From the IMG/VR virus record IMGVR_UViG_3300042922_000542, positions 1 to 64,000 of that record: a stretch of DNA of 64,000 nucleotides, one strand, 5' to 3'. A program made the translations under genes and the position numbers. The first letter of the stretch is position 1. Each line of letters opens with the position of its first letter. The notes beneath the pieces are model-generated. The model had not been told where the DNA came from, searched no databases, and saw only the letters and a program-made list of their open reading frames with translations. This stretch comes from a virus. Positions 46,671 to 56,334 of this stretch are shown piece after piece.

Positions 46671-49472
46671 CTATATATCTTCTATAATAGTATCTAGATT
46701 TAAATTTCCAACATTTACTGTTTGTACGTGCTTTGCTTTTAGATTTAGATTTAAGTCTGAATATGCCAGTTGTGAAACCAATAAACCTAAATATCTAGTA
46801 TCTAATTTATAGAATAGCGTTCCCGCACATTTACTACAGATCTTTTTATTGGTGCATACCATCGGTGATCTAAAATTTAACACCTTGCCAACATACCCAT
46901 TGACATTTTCGGATGTTAACATCTTTAATTGATCACCCTCAATGAAATATGAATCAACTAATTCTTTTTTGTTTCTACTACTTACAGTAATAGGTATACT
47001 TCTCTTTGTGCCGCAATCAGTACCAGGATCATCAACTTCAATCATTTGTAATAACGCAAGGAGCTGTTTACCCATATAGCCGGCACTAGCAGTTGCAATT
47101 GCACTTGGGTACGCACCAGATACTATCGAGTTTGCATGTGCTGGTATATCTTTAACATTTATACCATTCATAAAACTTGTTTCGATAAAGTCAAATTCAT
47201 TGGTAATCTTATTTAATACTGGACCTTTTAGTATAGAATTGTTTTTATAGTTATTAGCAAAATCAAGATCACCAGATAGGTATAAATCCATTCCTGGATC
47301 ATCCTTCAATATTTCCCTAGCATATGCAACTAACTCTTTCTCAATCCTATTCATTATCACAATATTTTTATCAGCGATTTCTTTTTCATATTGTTTATAT
47401 AATTCAGCTTTTCGTTTTTCAATCTCTGGTAATGGTTTAGCCATACGAATAGAAATAGTATGTGCTAACATTCCGTTTAACCAGTAACCTAAATTATCTC
47501 TTCGATTTGTATAATCATCAAACTGGGCTCTATTTATTTTATCATTCATATATAGTTGACCTATTAGTTGATCAGTAAATGATAAACCCGATTTACCCAT
47601 CTCTATATCAATAAATTTAGTTTCTGATATAACCCCAGATCCATGTAATATATACCTATTGAATATGAATCTACCCAATGTTGTAGTAAATTCACCATGA
47701 CCATCATAAAAATAATTTGCTGGCACGATCATAGTATCCCAAGTGTTATATCTAGATTGTCTTTTTACTGTATTTTTAGTATGAGATATATCTGCCGTAT
47801 CAGAAACAATATCAGCAATAAATGTACGTGTATAATCACCAACTGGTGTTTTCAGATATACATCGGTATCATATGCATTTACTTTCTTAGAATTAATTCT
47901 AATTTTAGTAAGTTCATAATATGAATTGTAAACCTCTTTAGAAACTACACGTATATTAGAACCCGTAACAGTTAATGCCGATAATTTTCTATTCATTATA
48001 ACTTCGGCTTCTCTATTAGCTTCATCTGTCCATAAACCTCTAACAGAACATTGGTCACCATCGTAGTCAGCACCTTGTCCTTCGAGATTGGAGTTTGAGT
48101 ATACCAATGTATCTATAAATTGTACACCGACCTTATCAGGATCAGTATTCATATCAATATGTGGATAGAATCGATACTCAACTCCATTGAAAATAACGTG
48201 ATCGTGTGTCTTGGTAGATTGCACTCGAACCTTATTAAAAAATAAACCTTTGTCCGTTCCAACCGGATAACGACTAATCATTATATGTCGCTTTTCACAT
48301 ACATCAACACATGCTAAATATAAAATGTCTGTAATTGTTAAAGGTCTTTTCAAATCACTATGATTATTACCAATGATTTGTTTTCCCTTTAATACCATCA
48401 TAACTTTAATCGCATCTTTTTTAGCATTTGGAGATATAGCTTCTACTATAATTGGTTTAAATCTATTATCTGGATTACGTACATAATCCAAAATCATTTT
48501 CTTAACAACCTTTTCTGAAAATTGCAATTCTGGATTTTTTAATGAAATTGAAACTTCCTTTTGCTTTTCAGGATCATAATACCTTACTAAATTTGCATCA
48601 TTAATAATTTCTCTAGTAAAAAAATTCTTGACCCATGATTCTACAAATGGATAGAACGCAGCGCAGCATTGGGCGATTGGTAATGCAGCATGATTAATGT
48701 CGACCATATTATCTTCTAATCGTTCATTATTGTAAGTAGGTGCAGATATAACTGAACGGGTTCCATATGTAATATTTTTACCCATAAGATACCGTTTTAT
48801 CATTCCATACTTACCCCTTATACGATCTTTGAAATAATTATAAACTTCACCTAATGTCTCTTGTATTCTTGCCTGGGTTGTATACTGCCTTCTTGCAAAA
48901 ATACCTCCCTCTGACAATAGACCAACCATTCTAATGATTGCGGTATAATGTTTATTTAATTGATTAATACGGTCAGAATTATCATCATCGGTTGATACAA
49001 ATACGTCCCTATAGAATGGAGGACATATAACGAGTCTTGTTATAAATATATCATCTTTATTAGTATTCTTTAAAAATGTTAATGATCTTTCATTTGATGA
49101 TGCTGATTTACTCCAATCTATTTCATCCCAATGGTCATATAATTGATGTAGTCCAGTCCATCCATTTTCATTATCTTCAACCAACATGCTATCCTTGATA
49201 CTATAACGTCTGGTTCCAGAGACAATATATATTACACCTTTAAACAATCTTTTTAAGAATGCTTCATACACATGTGGGTGGATAAATGGATTTTTTAAAT
49301 CAATATAAGCATATGTTCCCAATCTGTCACTTTTGCTTATACCAAATATTTCATTTGATAATACGCCCCCTGGATCAAATAATCCTTTATTCGAAAATAA
49401 TCTTGGAGATGTACATTCCTGAATTGCATTTACTTGAATAAATCTATTTACATCTAACAATTCCAGTTTCAT
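46671..49472 (-). CDS. multisubunit-type RNA polymerase beta-prime-like catalytic protein (YonO-like or jumbo-phage-like)
   Basis: GADYDGDQ (Asp triad at nt 48054-48068) matches NADFDGD. KRYLMGKNITYGTRSVISAP (48738-48794) matches the beta-prime LLGKRVDYSGRSVI motif. N-terminal IFG...GYIDLKNPFIHPH matches IFGP...GHIELAAPVAHIW. Start taken at Met44 (AAAGGAG upstream, ATG 49472). Confidence 0.8.
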   Translation of the reverse strand: MKLELLDVNRFIQVNAIQECTSPRLFSNKGLFDPGGVLSNEIFGISKSDRLGTYAYIDLKNPFIHPHVYEAFLKRLFKGVIYIVSGTRRYSIKDSMLVEDNENGWTGLHQLYDHWDEIDWSKSASSNERSLTFLKNTNKDDIFITRLVICPPFYRDVFVSTDDDNSDRINQLNKHYTAIIRMVGLLSEGGIFARRQYTTQARIQETLGEVYNYFKDRIRGKYGMIKRYLMGKNITYGTRSVISAPTYNNERLEDNMVDINHAALPIAQCCAAFYPFVESWVKNFFTREIINDANLVRYYDPEKQKEVSISLKNPELQFSEKVVKKMILDYVRNPDNRFKPIIVEAISPNAKKDAIKVMMVLKGKQIIGNNHSDLKRPLTITDILYLACVDVCEKRHIMISRYPVGTDKGLFFNKVRVQSTKTHDHVIFNGVEYRFYPHIDMNTDPDKVGVQFIDTLVYSNSNLEGQGADYDGDQCSVRGLWTDEANREAEVIMNRKLSALTVTGSNIRVVSKEVYNSYYELTKIRINSKKVNAYDTDVYLKTPVGDYTRTFIADIVSDTADISHTKNTVKRQSRYNTWDTMIVPANYFYDGHGEFTTTLGRFIFNRYILHGSGVISETKFIDIEMGKSGLSFTDQLIGQLYMNDKINRAQFDDYTNRRDNLGYWLNGMLAHTISIRMAKPLPEIEKRKAELYKQYEKEIADKNIVIMNRIEKELVAYAREILKDDPGMDLYLSGDLDFANNYKNNSILKGPVLNKITNEFDFIETSFMNGINVKDIPAHANSIVSGAYPSAIATASAGYMGKQLLALLQMIEVDDPGTDCGTKRSIPITVSSRNKKELVDSYFIEGDQLKMLTSENVNGYVGKVLNFRSPMVCTNKKICSKCAGTLFYKLDTRYLGLLVSQLAYSDLNLNLKAKHVQTVNVGNLNLDTIIEDI

Positions 49473-49545
49473 AAAGTAATTAACTCCTTTCTGTATTATA
49501 TAATACGGTTTTATAATTGCGTTACTGCTATAAATGAAGTTATAT

Positions 49546-49571
49546 GTGATAGAGGGAATTCCCTCTATCAC
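49546..49571 (-). terminator. terminator hairpin upstream of the RNAP gene
   Basis: gtgatagaggg-aatt-ccctctatcac. It lies inside the track's N-terminal extension of the RNAP ORF, which supports the later start. Confidence 0.6.
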
Positions 49572-49615
49572 ATACACCTTATTTTGTTCTAGGAGGAACA
49601 TTTATGTCAGCAAAT

Positions 49616-50077
49616 TTAATTTGGTGATGATTTTTTCATGTCCAACAGTACTTTTTCAATCATAGAAGATATTAATTTATCAAGAGCTATTTGACCACCT
49701 AATATCTCTAAGAGATTTCCCTGCTGGAATCCTATCGGTAGGGTATCATAAATTAATTGTTTAGCCAATTCATTCAATTCGATAATTTCATCTTCAGTTA
49801 ATTTTCCATCATTAGCAGCAGCTTTATATCTTTCTGCAAATACCATGTTTGCCGAAACTGCTGTTTTTACGATAGTTTCTAATTGTGCTAATGCCTGTAA
49901 AACTATTTCATTTAAAGCAGAAATGGAGTCATTTTGATTTTTTTCAGTCATTGAAACTATTAATGCTTTGATATAGTCCTGAAATTTAATTAGCAATATT
50001 GGAACTATTGTTAAAATTAATGGGATAAGGATATTATTAACTACCAATGGTATTAGTTGTTCTAAAAATTTACCCAT
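49616..50077 (-). CDS. small membrane protein (153 aa), N-terminal TM segment(s)
   Basis: RBS AGAGAGGT. Hydrophobic N-terminus LIPLVVNNILIPLILTIVPILLI. Confidence 0.7.
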   Translation of the reverse strand: MGKFLEQLIPLVVNNILIPLILTIVPILLIKFQDYIKALIVSMTEKNQNDSISALNEIVLQALAQLETIVKTAVSANMVFAERYKAAANDGKLTEDEIIELNELAKQLIYDTLPIGFQQGNLLEILGGQIALDKLISSMIEKVLLDMKKSSPN

Positions 50078-50153
50078 AATTCTAAACCTCTCTTTTTGTA
50101 ATATTTTTATTTATAATATAGTGACACTTATTTTTTTGATATCTATACAAAAA

Positions 50154-50183
50154 AAATATATTGCAATTATATGCAATATATTT
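50154..50183 (-). terminator. terminator hairpin
   Basis: aaatatattgca-attata-tgcaatatattt followed on the minus strand by T8. Confidence 0.65.
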
Positions 50184-51278
50184 CTATTCAGTATCTGATG
50201 AATCTTCAACGATCATATATATCGCTGTTATATTACCAGTTAATTGAGATATTGAACTGGAGTTTACACTACCACTATTTCTTATGGACTTCTCTAATGT
50301 AGATGTATTCACAATGAATTCTATTAATCCACCATATTGGCGATTAACACCATGACTACTGTACATTCTTTTTGCATCCGTATGTAAATCTGATTTATGA
50401 TCCCCTATTTTTGCGGTGTACATACCATTTTCACCAACAATAAGAAATCGTTGACCTTCGATACCATCTCTGGTATATGCCGATCCTAAAGCTACCAGAT
50501 AATCATCTCCGCTATCATTTACGGTGAATTGATTTTCCTGTAATGTGAATCGTCTAAATCCATTAGTATCAGTGTAGGCTGATGCGGAATGACTTACTCT
50601 ATATGCCGCTGAGCTACGTTTTGTAATTGCCCTATAATCTTCATAAGGTTTAAAAGATGCAATATTGATATTATCACCATAATCTACGGGTAATGGATAT
50701 TTTACCAGTTTACCAGATTCTATATTTATCACTTCATTACCAATATTTTCAATCCATGTTTTATTTTCATCGGATTCAACCATCGAATTGTCTAGATGTT
50801 GAATAGCGATATCTTGAATATTTCTATTAATGAATCCACCCCTACTAGCTAATAGTACTGAGGTTTGTGGAGAAGTTACAACTTCTGATACTTCTTGTTT
50901 TTGTACATCATTTTCATTAACTTGTAATTCTTGTGTATTGTACATATTAGATTCAAATGAATTAGTAATATCTTCAATATGTCTATTTTGATCGGCTTCT
51001 ATTTCCTCTAATATGGGTAGTACATCATATTCATTTAATACTGATACCATTTCAACTTCTTCGATCTTATCACTATCATGTGTCATGATATATAAATCGT
51101 CACTCATTACTGTGGCGTGACCTGTAGGTTTACCAGTTGTAATAGATGCGACAATTAAAATAGCTATGACCCATTTAAATGGAGTGATTGATTTTCTTGT
51201 AGCTTTTTTGGTTATCACCATAATAAATAATGTAAGAAGCATAATAAACTCGATAATATTTTTAAATATTTTTTTCAT
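50184..51278 (-). CDS. membrane-anchored protein (364 aa), function unknown
   Basis: RBS GGAGGT. Two N-terminal hydrophobic segments. The C-terminal domain is unassigned. Confidence 0.75.
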   Translation of the reverse strand: MKKIFKNIIEFIMLLTLFIMVITKKATRKSITPFKWVIAILIVASITTGKPTGHATVMSDDLYIMTHDSDKIEEVEMVSVLNEYDVLPILEEIEADQNRHIEDITNSFESNMYNTQELQVNENDVQKQEVSEVVTSPQTSVLLASRGGFINRNIQDIAIQHLDNSMVESDENKTWIENIGNEVINIESGKLVKYPLPVDYGDNINIASFKPYEDYRAITKRSSAAYRVSHSASAYTDTNGFRRFTLQENQFTVNDSGDDYLVALGSAYTRDGIEGQRFLIVGENGMYTAKIGDHKSDLHTDAKRMYSSHGVNRQYGGLIEFIVNTSTLEKSIRNSGSVNSSSISQLTGNITAIYMIVEDSSDTE

Positions 51279-51393
51279 TTTGAAATACCTCCGAAGTATA
51301 ATTTATATTCTTATCGTAGTATATTTACAATATATAATTTTATATTATAAATATGCCATGACACAAATAATATTAAAAGGAGCTCGATAGTAC

Positions 51394-52161
51394 ATGTCTA
51401 GAATAGTAAAACCTGAAATCCAAAAATATAATTTAATACAATTAAACAATTTGATCCATTCGGATCCAAGACGTAGTACATACCATCTAAATCATATAAG
51501 ATTAACGTGCAAATACGCAATAATGTTAGCTAGAAAATTATCTTTAGATGTGGATATAAATAAATTACGTTATGCGGCGTTAGCTCATGACATATTGAAA
51601 GAAAAAAGTTTCAATATCAGTGTCAGAGAAATCAACATAGGAGGAATTAATATCCCTCAAGATTTAAATTGGTATGTTAGAAAAAATCTAGATATATTAG
51701 AATTATATGGTTTGGATGATTACTTTAATAGTGATGCGCAATTGCATGCATTATCAGCAGGAATATTCCTACATAAGGAATTAAATATAACCGATCCAGA
51801 TATAATATATCCAGTATTCTTTCACTCATGCCCTATAATATCCATATATGAAACACTGGATCCACATACACAGGCACTTGTTGATATTATAATGCTATCA
51901 GATAAATTATCATCAAATAAACTCAAACGAGAGTTGAAAAAAATATCATATAATCTCGAGGTTGCTGTTTTCGGTGAGAGCAATACTGAGTTAAATTATT
52001 CACTTGGATTATTATTAGCTAGATTAATAGCACAAGGTAATTCTCCAGGCAAACATGCAATAATTGCTACTGATTTCTATCACAGAAGATTAATGAAGAC
52101 TCAGCCATTTATGACAGAAAAATCATTGGAGGTAATAAAATTATGGCTAAAAAAACAATAA
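51394..52161 (+). CDS. HD-domain phosphohydrolase (YqeK-like layout)
   Basis: H-x-x-H...AALAHDILKE (H...HD metal-binding signature). RBS AAAGGAG. Confidence 0.65.
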   Translation: MSRIVKPEIQKYNLIQLNNLIHSDPRRSTYHLNHIRLTCKYAIMLARKLSLDVDINKLRYAALAHDILKEKSFNISVREINIGGINIPQDLNWYVRKNLDILELYGLDDYFNSDAQLHALSAGIFLHKELNITDPDIIYPVFFHSCPIISIYETLDPHTQALVDIIMLSDKLSSNKLKRELKKISYNLEVAVFGESNTELNYSLGLLLARLIAQGNSPGKHAIIATDFYHRRLMKTQPFMTEKSLEVIKLWLKKQ

Positions 52162-52658
52162 CACCTGAAATGGAACTAAAAACTGCAATCGAATCAATCC
52201 TTAACGGATCGGGATCTGTTTATTTTAATGTTAACGGAATATTACTTTCTAAAAACAAATTAGATCGTATTGTAATAGTAGTTCCAGATAAGTTATTACT
52301 TGAGGGATTAATTGAGGATAAAACCATTAACATTGAAGAATTAACTATAGATCATCAGTATTTTAAATATTATAATAATTTATTTAAGTATGGTGAAGGA
52401 ATTGATAGCGATGATTGGATATCATTACAATCTGATGAATTATATGCTGGAAATACAATTGATATTAATATTAAGGATTATGAATGCCCAATTCAAATTA
52501 ATAAAGATTTACTTCCGATAAAATTAAAGAAATCTGAATATGAAAATATATTTTATCGTATATTTATGGATCCACTAATAATTGGATTACGAAAGGATTT
52601 TAAATCAATAAATGAAGGCTATTCATTCTCAATGTTAACATTGTTTAGAATTATATGA
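52143..52658 (+). CDS. hypothetical protein (171 aa)
   Basis: GGAGG upstream. 19-nt overlap with the preceding gene. Confidence 0.7.
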   Translation: MAKKTITPEMELKTAIESILNGSGSVYFNVNGILLSKNKLDRIVIVVPDKLLLEGLIEDKTINIEELTIDHQYFKYYNNLFKYGEGIDSDDWISLQSDELYAGNTIDINIKDYECPIQINKDLLPIKLKKSEYENIFYRIFMDPLIIGLRKDFKSINEGYSFSMLTLFRII

Positions 52659-52671
52659 GGGGGACTTTTAT

Positions 52672-52989
52672 ATGGGTATGTATTATTATTTCTATAAATC
52701 AGATACTGATAAAGATGATTTTGAAAGTGGTAAAATTGCCGGTATTCCGGATGATCTAGGTACTAAATATGGGCTCGAATCAATAAATCACTATAGGGAA
52801 AATTGTTCATTGCGAAAGAATGACAATGGTGCATGTTCATGTTGTGATTGTAGTAGCGTAACTAGATATAAAATATCAAGGGAAAATGGTAGAGAAATCG
52901 CTAAGGATATGTATGTAAATCAAACATTATTTGATGATTTAATGAATTTCATAATGCAAGATTTTCTTTGGATACGATTGGATTATTGA
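52672..52989 (+). CDS. hypothetical protein (105 aa) with CSCCDC motif
   Basis: RBS GAGGGGG. Confidence 0.7.
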   Translation: MGMYYYFYKSDTDKDDFESGKIAGIPDDLGTKYGLESINHYRENCSLRKNDNGACSCCDCSSVTRYKISRENGREIAKDMYVNQTLFDDLMNFIMQDFLWIRLDY

Positions 52990-53045
52990 AATGATAATTC
53001 AAATACTAGTAAATTATCAAACAGAGCTAGAATAAATAAAATATA

Positions 53046-53070
53046 GGAAGTGGGTTAAATACCCACTTCT
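53046..53070 (+). terminator. terminator hairpin
   Basis: ggaagtgggt-taaat-acccacttct. Confidence 0.65.
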
Positions 53071-53149
53071 TATTTAATTAGAATTAACAATTATTTATTT
53101 TTTTTATTAACTTATATATTATAGCAACAAGAAGGAGAGTGGCTTACTA

Positions 53150-54577
53150 ATGACATTCGAAATATTTAATACTCACATGGAATTATATCCATATACAAAG
53201 GATGATTATCCAGTTATAGAGTTTATGTATACAGCTATTGATAAATTTTCACAAAATGAATTTCCATGCGGTTATACAATTACTGAAAATAAATTATTCT
53301 TACCCCGGGGCACGAGTGTAAGTAAGATCGAGCAAATCACAGGTGAAACTGCTCTTTATAATAAGGAAAGTGATCCATCATCAGAAATGAATAAAAAGCA
53401 CCACTGTTTCTATGATCTGCGAAATAAATTACAAGAAGATACGGTTTTATTTTTAACAGAAAATTCTAATAAACAATTAGCTGTCAATCTTTCTACAGGT
53501 TTCGGTAAAACATTATGTACGGCATATGCTATAACTAGATTAGGCGAACGAGCATTAATAATAACACCAAATGAAGGTTTAAAACAACAATGGATGAAAA
53601 CATTTTTAACAATGTTTGATTATAAAAAAACAGAAGGGTTGAATATATCTGGATCTGATATTATGGAAGATATTATGAATGATTTAATTGACCCATGCGA
53701 TGTTTATTTTGTTAATCATCAAACTCTTCAGAGTTATTTATCCAATCATACACCGTACATGTTACATCAATTCTTTAAAAAATTGAAGATAGGTATAAAA
53801 GTATATGATGAATCTCATCTTCAATTCGCCAATATATTATTTATGGATTTCTTTAGTAATACTAACAGAACTTGGTATCTTACGGCGACATTTGATAGAA
53901 GTGATAAAACAGAATCAGCTTGTTTTAAGAGAGCATTTAATTCGGTTGAAACATTCGGTGAAATGGAATCATATAATGAACAACGTAAACATGTCATATA
54001 TCATGTAACTCATATTAGAAGCAGGATTAATAATAAACAATTGAGAAAGCTATTAGGATATCAAGGTTTAACATCAGCATCATATGGTAAATATGCTTTC
54101 TTTGAAGATACCAATGAAACAGCATATATGGCAATCAGAACTATAGTTGATAAAATTAAAGATATTGATGGTAAGATGCTGATATTAGTTCCATTAATAA
54201 GTGTCATTGAAGATGTTGTAGCTAAATTAAAGAAAGATTTTCCTGATAAACGAATTGGGGAATATCATTCAAAAATAAGTAAAGATGAAAAAGAAGATAC
54301 ATTGAAGAAAGATATTATAGTATCAACAATTGCATCTTGTGGTACTGGTGTCGATATTAAACGATTACGTTCAGTAATTTGTATAGAACCTTATGCATCA
54401 AAAGTAACAGCACAACAGGTTATTGGTCGTTTGAGGGAATTCGCACCAGATAAAGATACATATTATTTTGATATTGTGGATATCTCAATTCCTCAGCTTG
54501 GATGGTGGTTTAGAGGTAGATTCAAAAAAATAGAGGCATTGGTAAAATCAGTAATATACTTAAATTTGGATGAGTAA
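53150..54577 (+). CDS. SF2 DExH-box helicase
   Basis: Walker A STGFGKT, motif II DESH, motif III TAT, motif VI QVIGRLRE. Confidence 0.85.
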   Translation: MTFEIFNTHMELYPYTKDDYPVIEFMYTAIDKFSQNEFPCGYTITENKLFLPRGTSVSKIEQITGETALYNKESDPSSEMNKKHHCFYDLRNKLQEDTVLFLTENSNKQLAVNLSTGFGKTLCTAYAITRLGERALIITPNEGLKQQWMKTFLTMFDYKKTEGLNISGSDIMEDIMNDLIDPCDVYFVNHQTLQSYLSNHTPYMLHQFFKKLKIGIKVYDESHLQFANILFMDFFSNTNRTWYLTATFDRSDKTESACFKRAFNSVETFGEMESYNEQRKHVIYHVTHIRSRINNKQLRKLLGYQGLTSASYGKYAFFEDTNETAYMAIRTIVDKIKDIDGKMLILVPLISVIEDVVAKLKKDFPDKRIGEYHSKISKDEKEDTLKKDIIVSTIASCGTGVDIKRLRSVICIEPYASKVTAQQVIGRLREFAPDKDTYYFDIVDISIPQLGWWFRGRFKKIEALVKSVIYLNLDE

Positions 54578-54633
54578 TGATAATTGCTGATAATATATTA
54601 ATTAAAAAATAATCGCATATGTCTAATAATATC

Positions 54634-54779
54634 AATTATATATTATTAATATAATATATATTATAATAATATTATATAATATTATTATATATATTAATAT
54701 ATATATATATAATATATATAGTATATTATATTAAATATATAATATATATATAATATAATAATAATTATATATAATTATT
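54634..54779. repeat. 146-nt tract of pure A/T (single G at 54721), rich in short TA palindromes
   Basis: Direct reading: 54634-54720 and 54722-54779 contain no G or C. It lies in a 305-nt intergenic gap after the helicase gene. Confidence 0.9.
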
Positions 54780-54882
54780 CGAATACATCATATACGATTT
54801 ATTTCTAATATATTTAGTAAATAACCGTAAAAGACAAGTAATATTCAAAAATCTATTAAAAAATATTCTAGGAGGAACTAAG

Positions 54883-55713
54883 ATGGGTAATGAAAAAAAG
54901 ATTTATATTATTAATGGTAATGGTATTGCAGGTGACGGTAGACATATTTCAAATATGCTAATGAATATTGTTAAATACAATGCAATGCTAAATGCTGAAC
55001 AAGCTGCTATTGATGAAGCTGATTTTAAAAAATCTACAAATAATCAGGAGGAAGTAAATTTGAATAAAATGGTTAAATTATATGATTTAAATGATGAATC
55101 ATTATTATCATTAATTAATGATATAAATGATATATTAGTATCTAGAAATGCTGAAGAAAATAATAAAAGCGATAATATAACTACATATGATGTTAATGAT
55201 AAATGCTGCCAGGCATGTCAAATTCAAGAACTATGTGCACCCATTGCTAAAGATATGAATGAAGCACAAAGAGTTAAGTCCATGAATTCAATAATGGATA
55301 TTAATAAAAATATGATGGAACTTCATACAACACCAATTCAATCATATCCATTCGAAATTAAAAGTGAAAGTATTAAACCAATTATGAGTGAAGCAAGAGG
55401 TGTTAATCTATACGGCATTCGTAAAAAAAGACTAAATAAAATAATTAAGAAGGCTGTAAGATCTGAACTGGCAGGTGTTGTAAATAAATTGGCACTTATA
55501 ATCGAATCTATAGATGATTTAGGGTATCTTGTGGATGATAAATATAAAGAAATTAATCAACGTGTTGATGTGTTATATCAGCCATTAAATAAAATCTTAA
55601 CTAAGACTGATCATGCAGAATGTAATAAGGGCAATGCACCTATTATAACAAGCGTTACAAGTATGCCTCTTAACAATGATCAATCGGATAAACATGATTG
55701 CTGCAAACATTAA
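54883..55713 (+). CDS. hypothetical protein (276 aa)
   Basis: RBS AGGAGG. Contains CCQACQIQELC and a C-terminal HDCCKH. Confidence 0.75.
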   Translation: MGNEKKIYIINGNGIAGDGRHISNMLMNIVKYNAMLNAEQAAIDEADFKKSTNNQEEVNLNKMVKLYDLNDESLLSLINDINDILVSRNAEENNKSDNITTYDVNDKCCQACQIQELCAPIAKDMNEAQRVKSMNSIMDINKNMMELHTTPIQSYPFEIKSESIKPIMSEARGVNLYGIRKKRLNKIIKKAVRSELAGVVNKLALIIESIDDLGYLVDDKYKEINQRVDVLYQPLNKILTKTDHAECNKGNAPIITSVTSMPLNNDQSDKHDCCKH

Positions 55714-55742
55714 ACTGTGAGCTAAGGAGATTTTAATATTTT

Positions 55743-56300
55743 ATGAAAAATAATAAATCTATGAGTAATGGAGTTATACATAAATCAATATTTATTATAA
55801 ATGGTGCCGGTGGTACAGGTAAGGATGAATTTATAAAATGCTGCAGTGAATATAAACGTATATTAAATATATCATCTGTTGATCATGTAAAGGATGCATT
55901 GGCAATGTTATGTCCAACATATCATTGGGGTTTAGAAAAGCAGAAAGATGAAATCGGTAAAACATGGAGACAAAATCTTCATGATTTAAAAACGTTATCT
56001 ATAAATATGGATGATGGTCCTTTTAAAGTTATAGATGATAAAATTCTAAACTTCTTGTGTGATGATGGGGAACACGATGTATTATTTATACATGTACGTG
56101 AACCTGAGGAGATCTCCAAGATACAACGTTGTTATTCATGTAAAACATTATTAATTACTAATATCAATGCATACCCACTCGATTCATTAGATTTTGAAAA
56201 GAATGTTGTAAATTTTAATTACGATATTACAATTGATAATGATAGTACTATAGATAATTTGCGTGAAAACGTAAAAAAGTTTATAAAAAATTATTGTTAA
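55743..56300 (+). CDS. P-loop protein, dNMP-kinase-like (GxxGxGKD)
   Basis: INGAGGTGKDEF. A GKD-type P-loop, as in T4 gp1-type dNMP kinases as I remember them. About 185 aa. Confidence 0.5.
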   Translation: MKNNKSMSNGVIHKSIFIINGAGGTGKDEFIKCCSEYKRILNISSVDHVKDALAMLCPTYHWGLEKQKDEIGKTWRQNLHDLKTLSINMDDGPFKVIDDKILNFLCDDGEHDVLFIHVREPEEISKIQRCYSCKTLLITNINAYPLDSLDFEKNVVNFNYDITIDNDSTIDNLRENVKKFIKNYC

Positions 56301-56328
56301 ATAATGGGCGGGATATCCCGCCCATTAT
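56301..56328. terminator. bidirectional terminator (perfect 14-bp palindrome)
   Basis: ataatgggcgggat/atcccgcccattat. Confidence 0.8.
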
Positions 56329-56334
56329 TTAAAT

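Noticed and set aside
49473-49601. N-terminal 43-codon extension of the RNAP ORF given in the track
   Set aside because: The extension contains an 11-bp terminator-like hairpin (49546-49571) and has no RBS. Met44 is preceded by AAAGGAG at proper spacing.
50184-51278. The membrane-anchored 364-aa protein plus the adjacent 153-aa membrane protein as an endolysin/holin cassette
   Set aside because: The C-terminal domain shows no amidase, lysozyme, CHAP or M23 catalytic motif that I can identify. Topology alone is insufficient.
54634-54779. The AT-only tract as a CRISPR array or regular tandem repeat
   Set aside because: There is no repeat-spacer organisation and no unit of constant length. It is an irregular mosaic of TA-rich palindromes.
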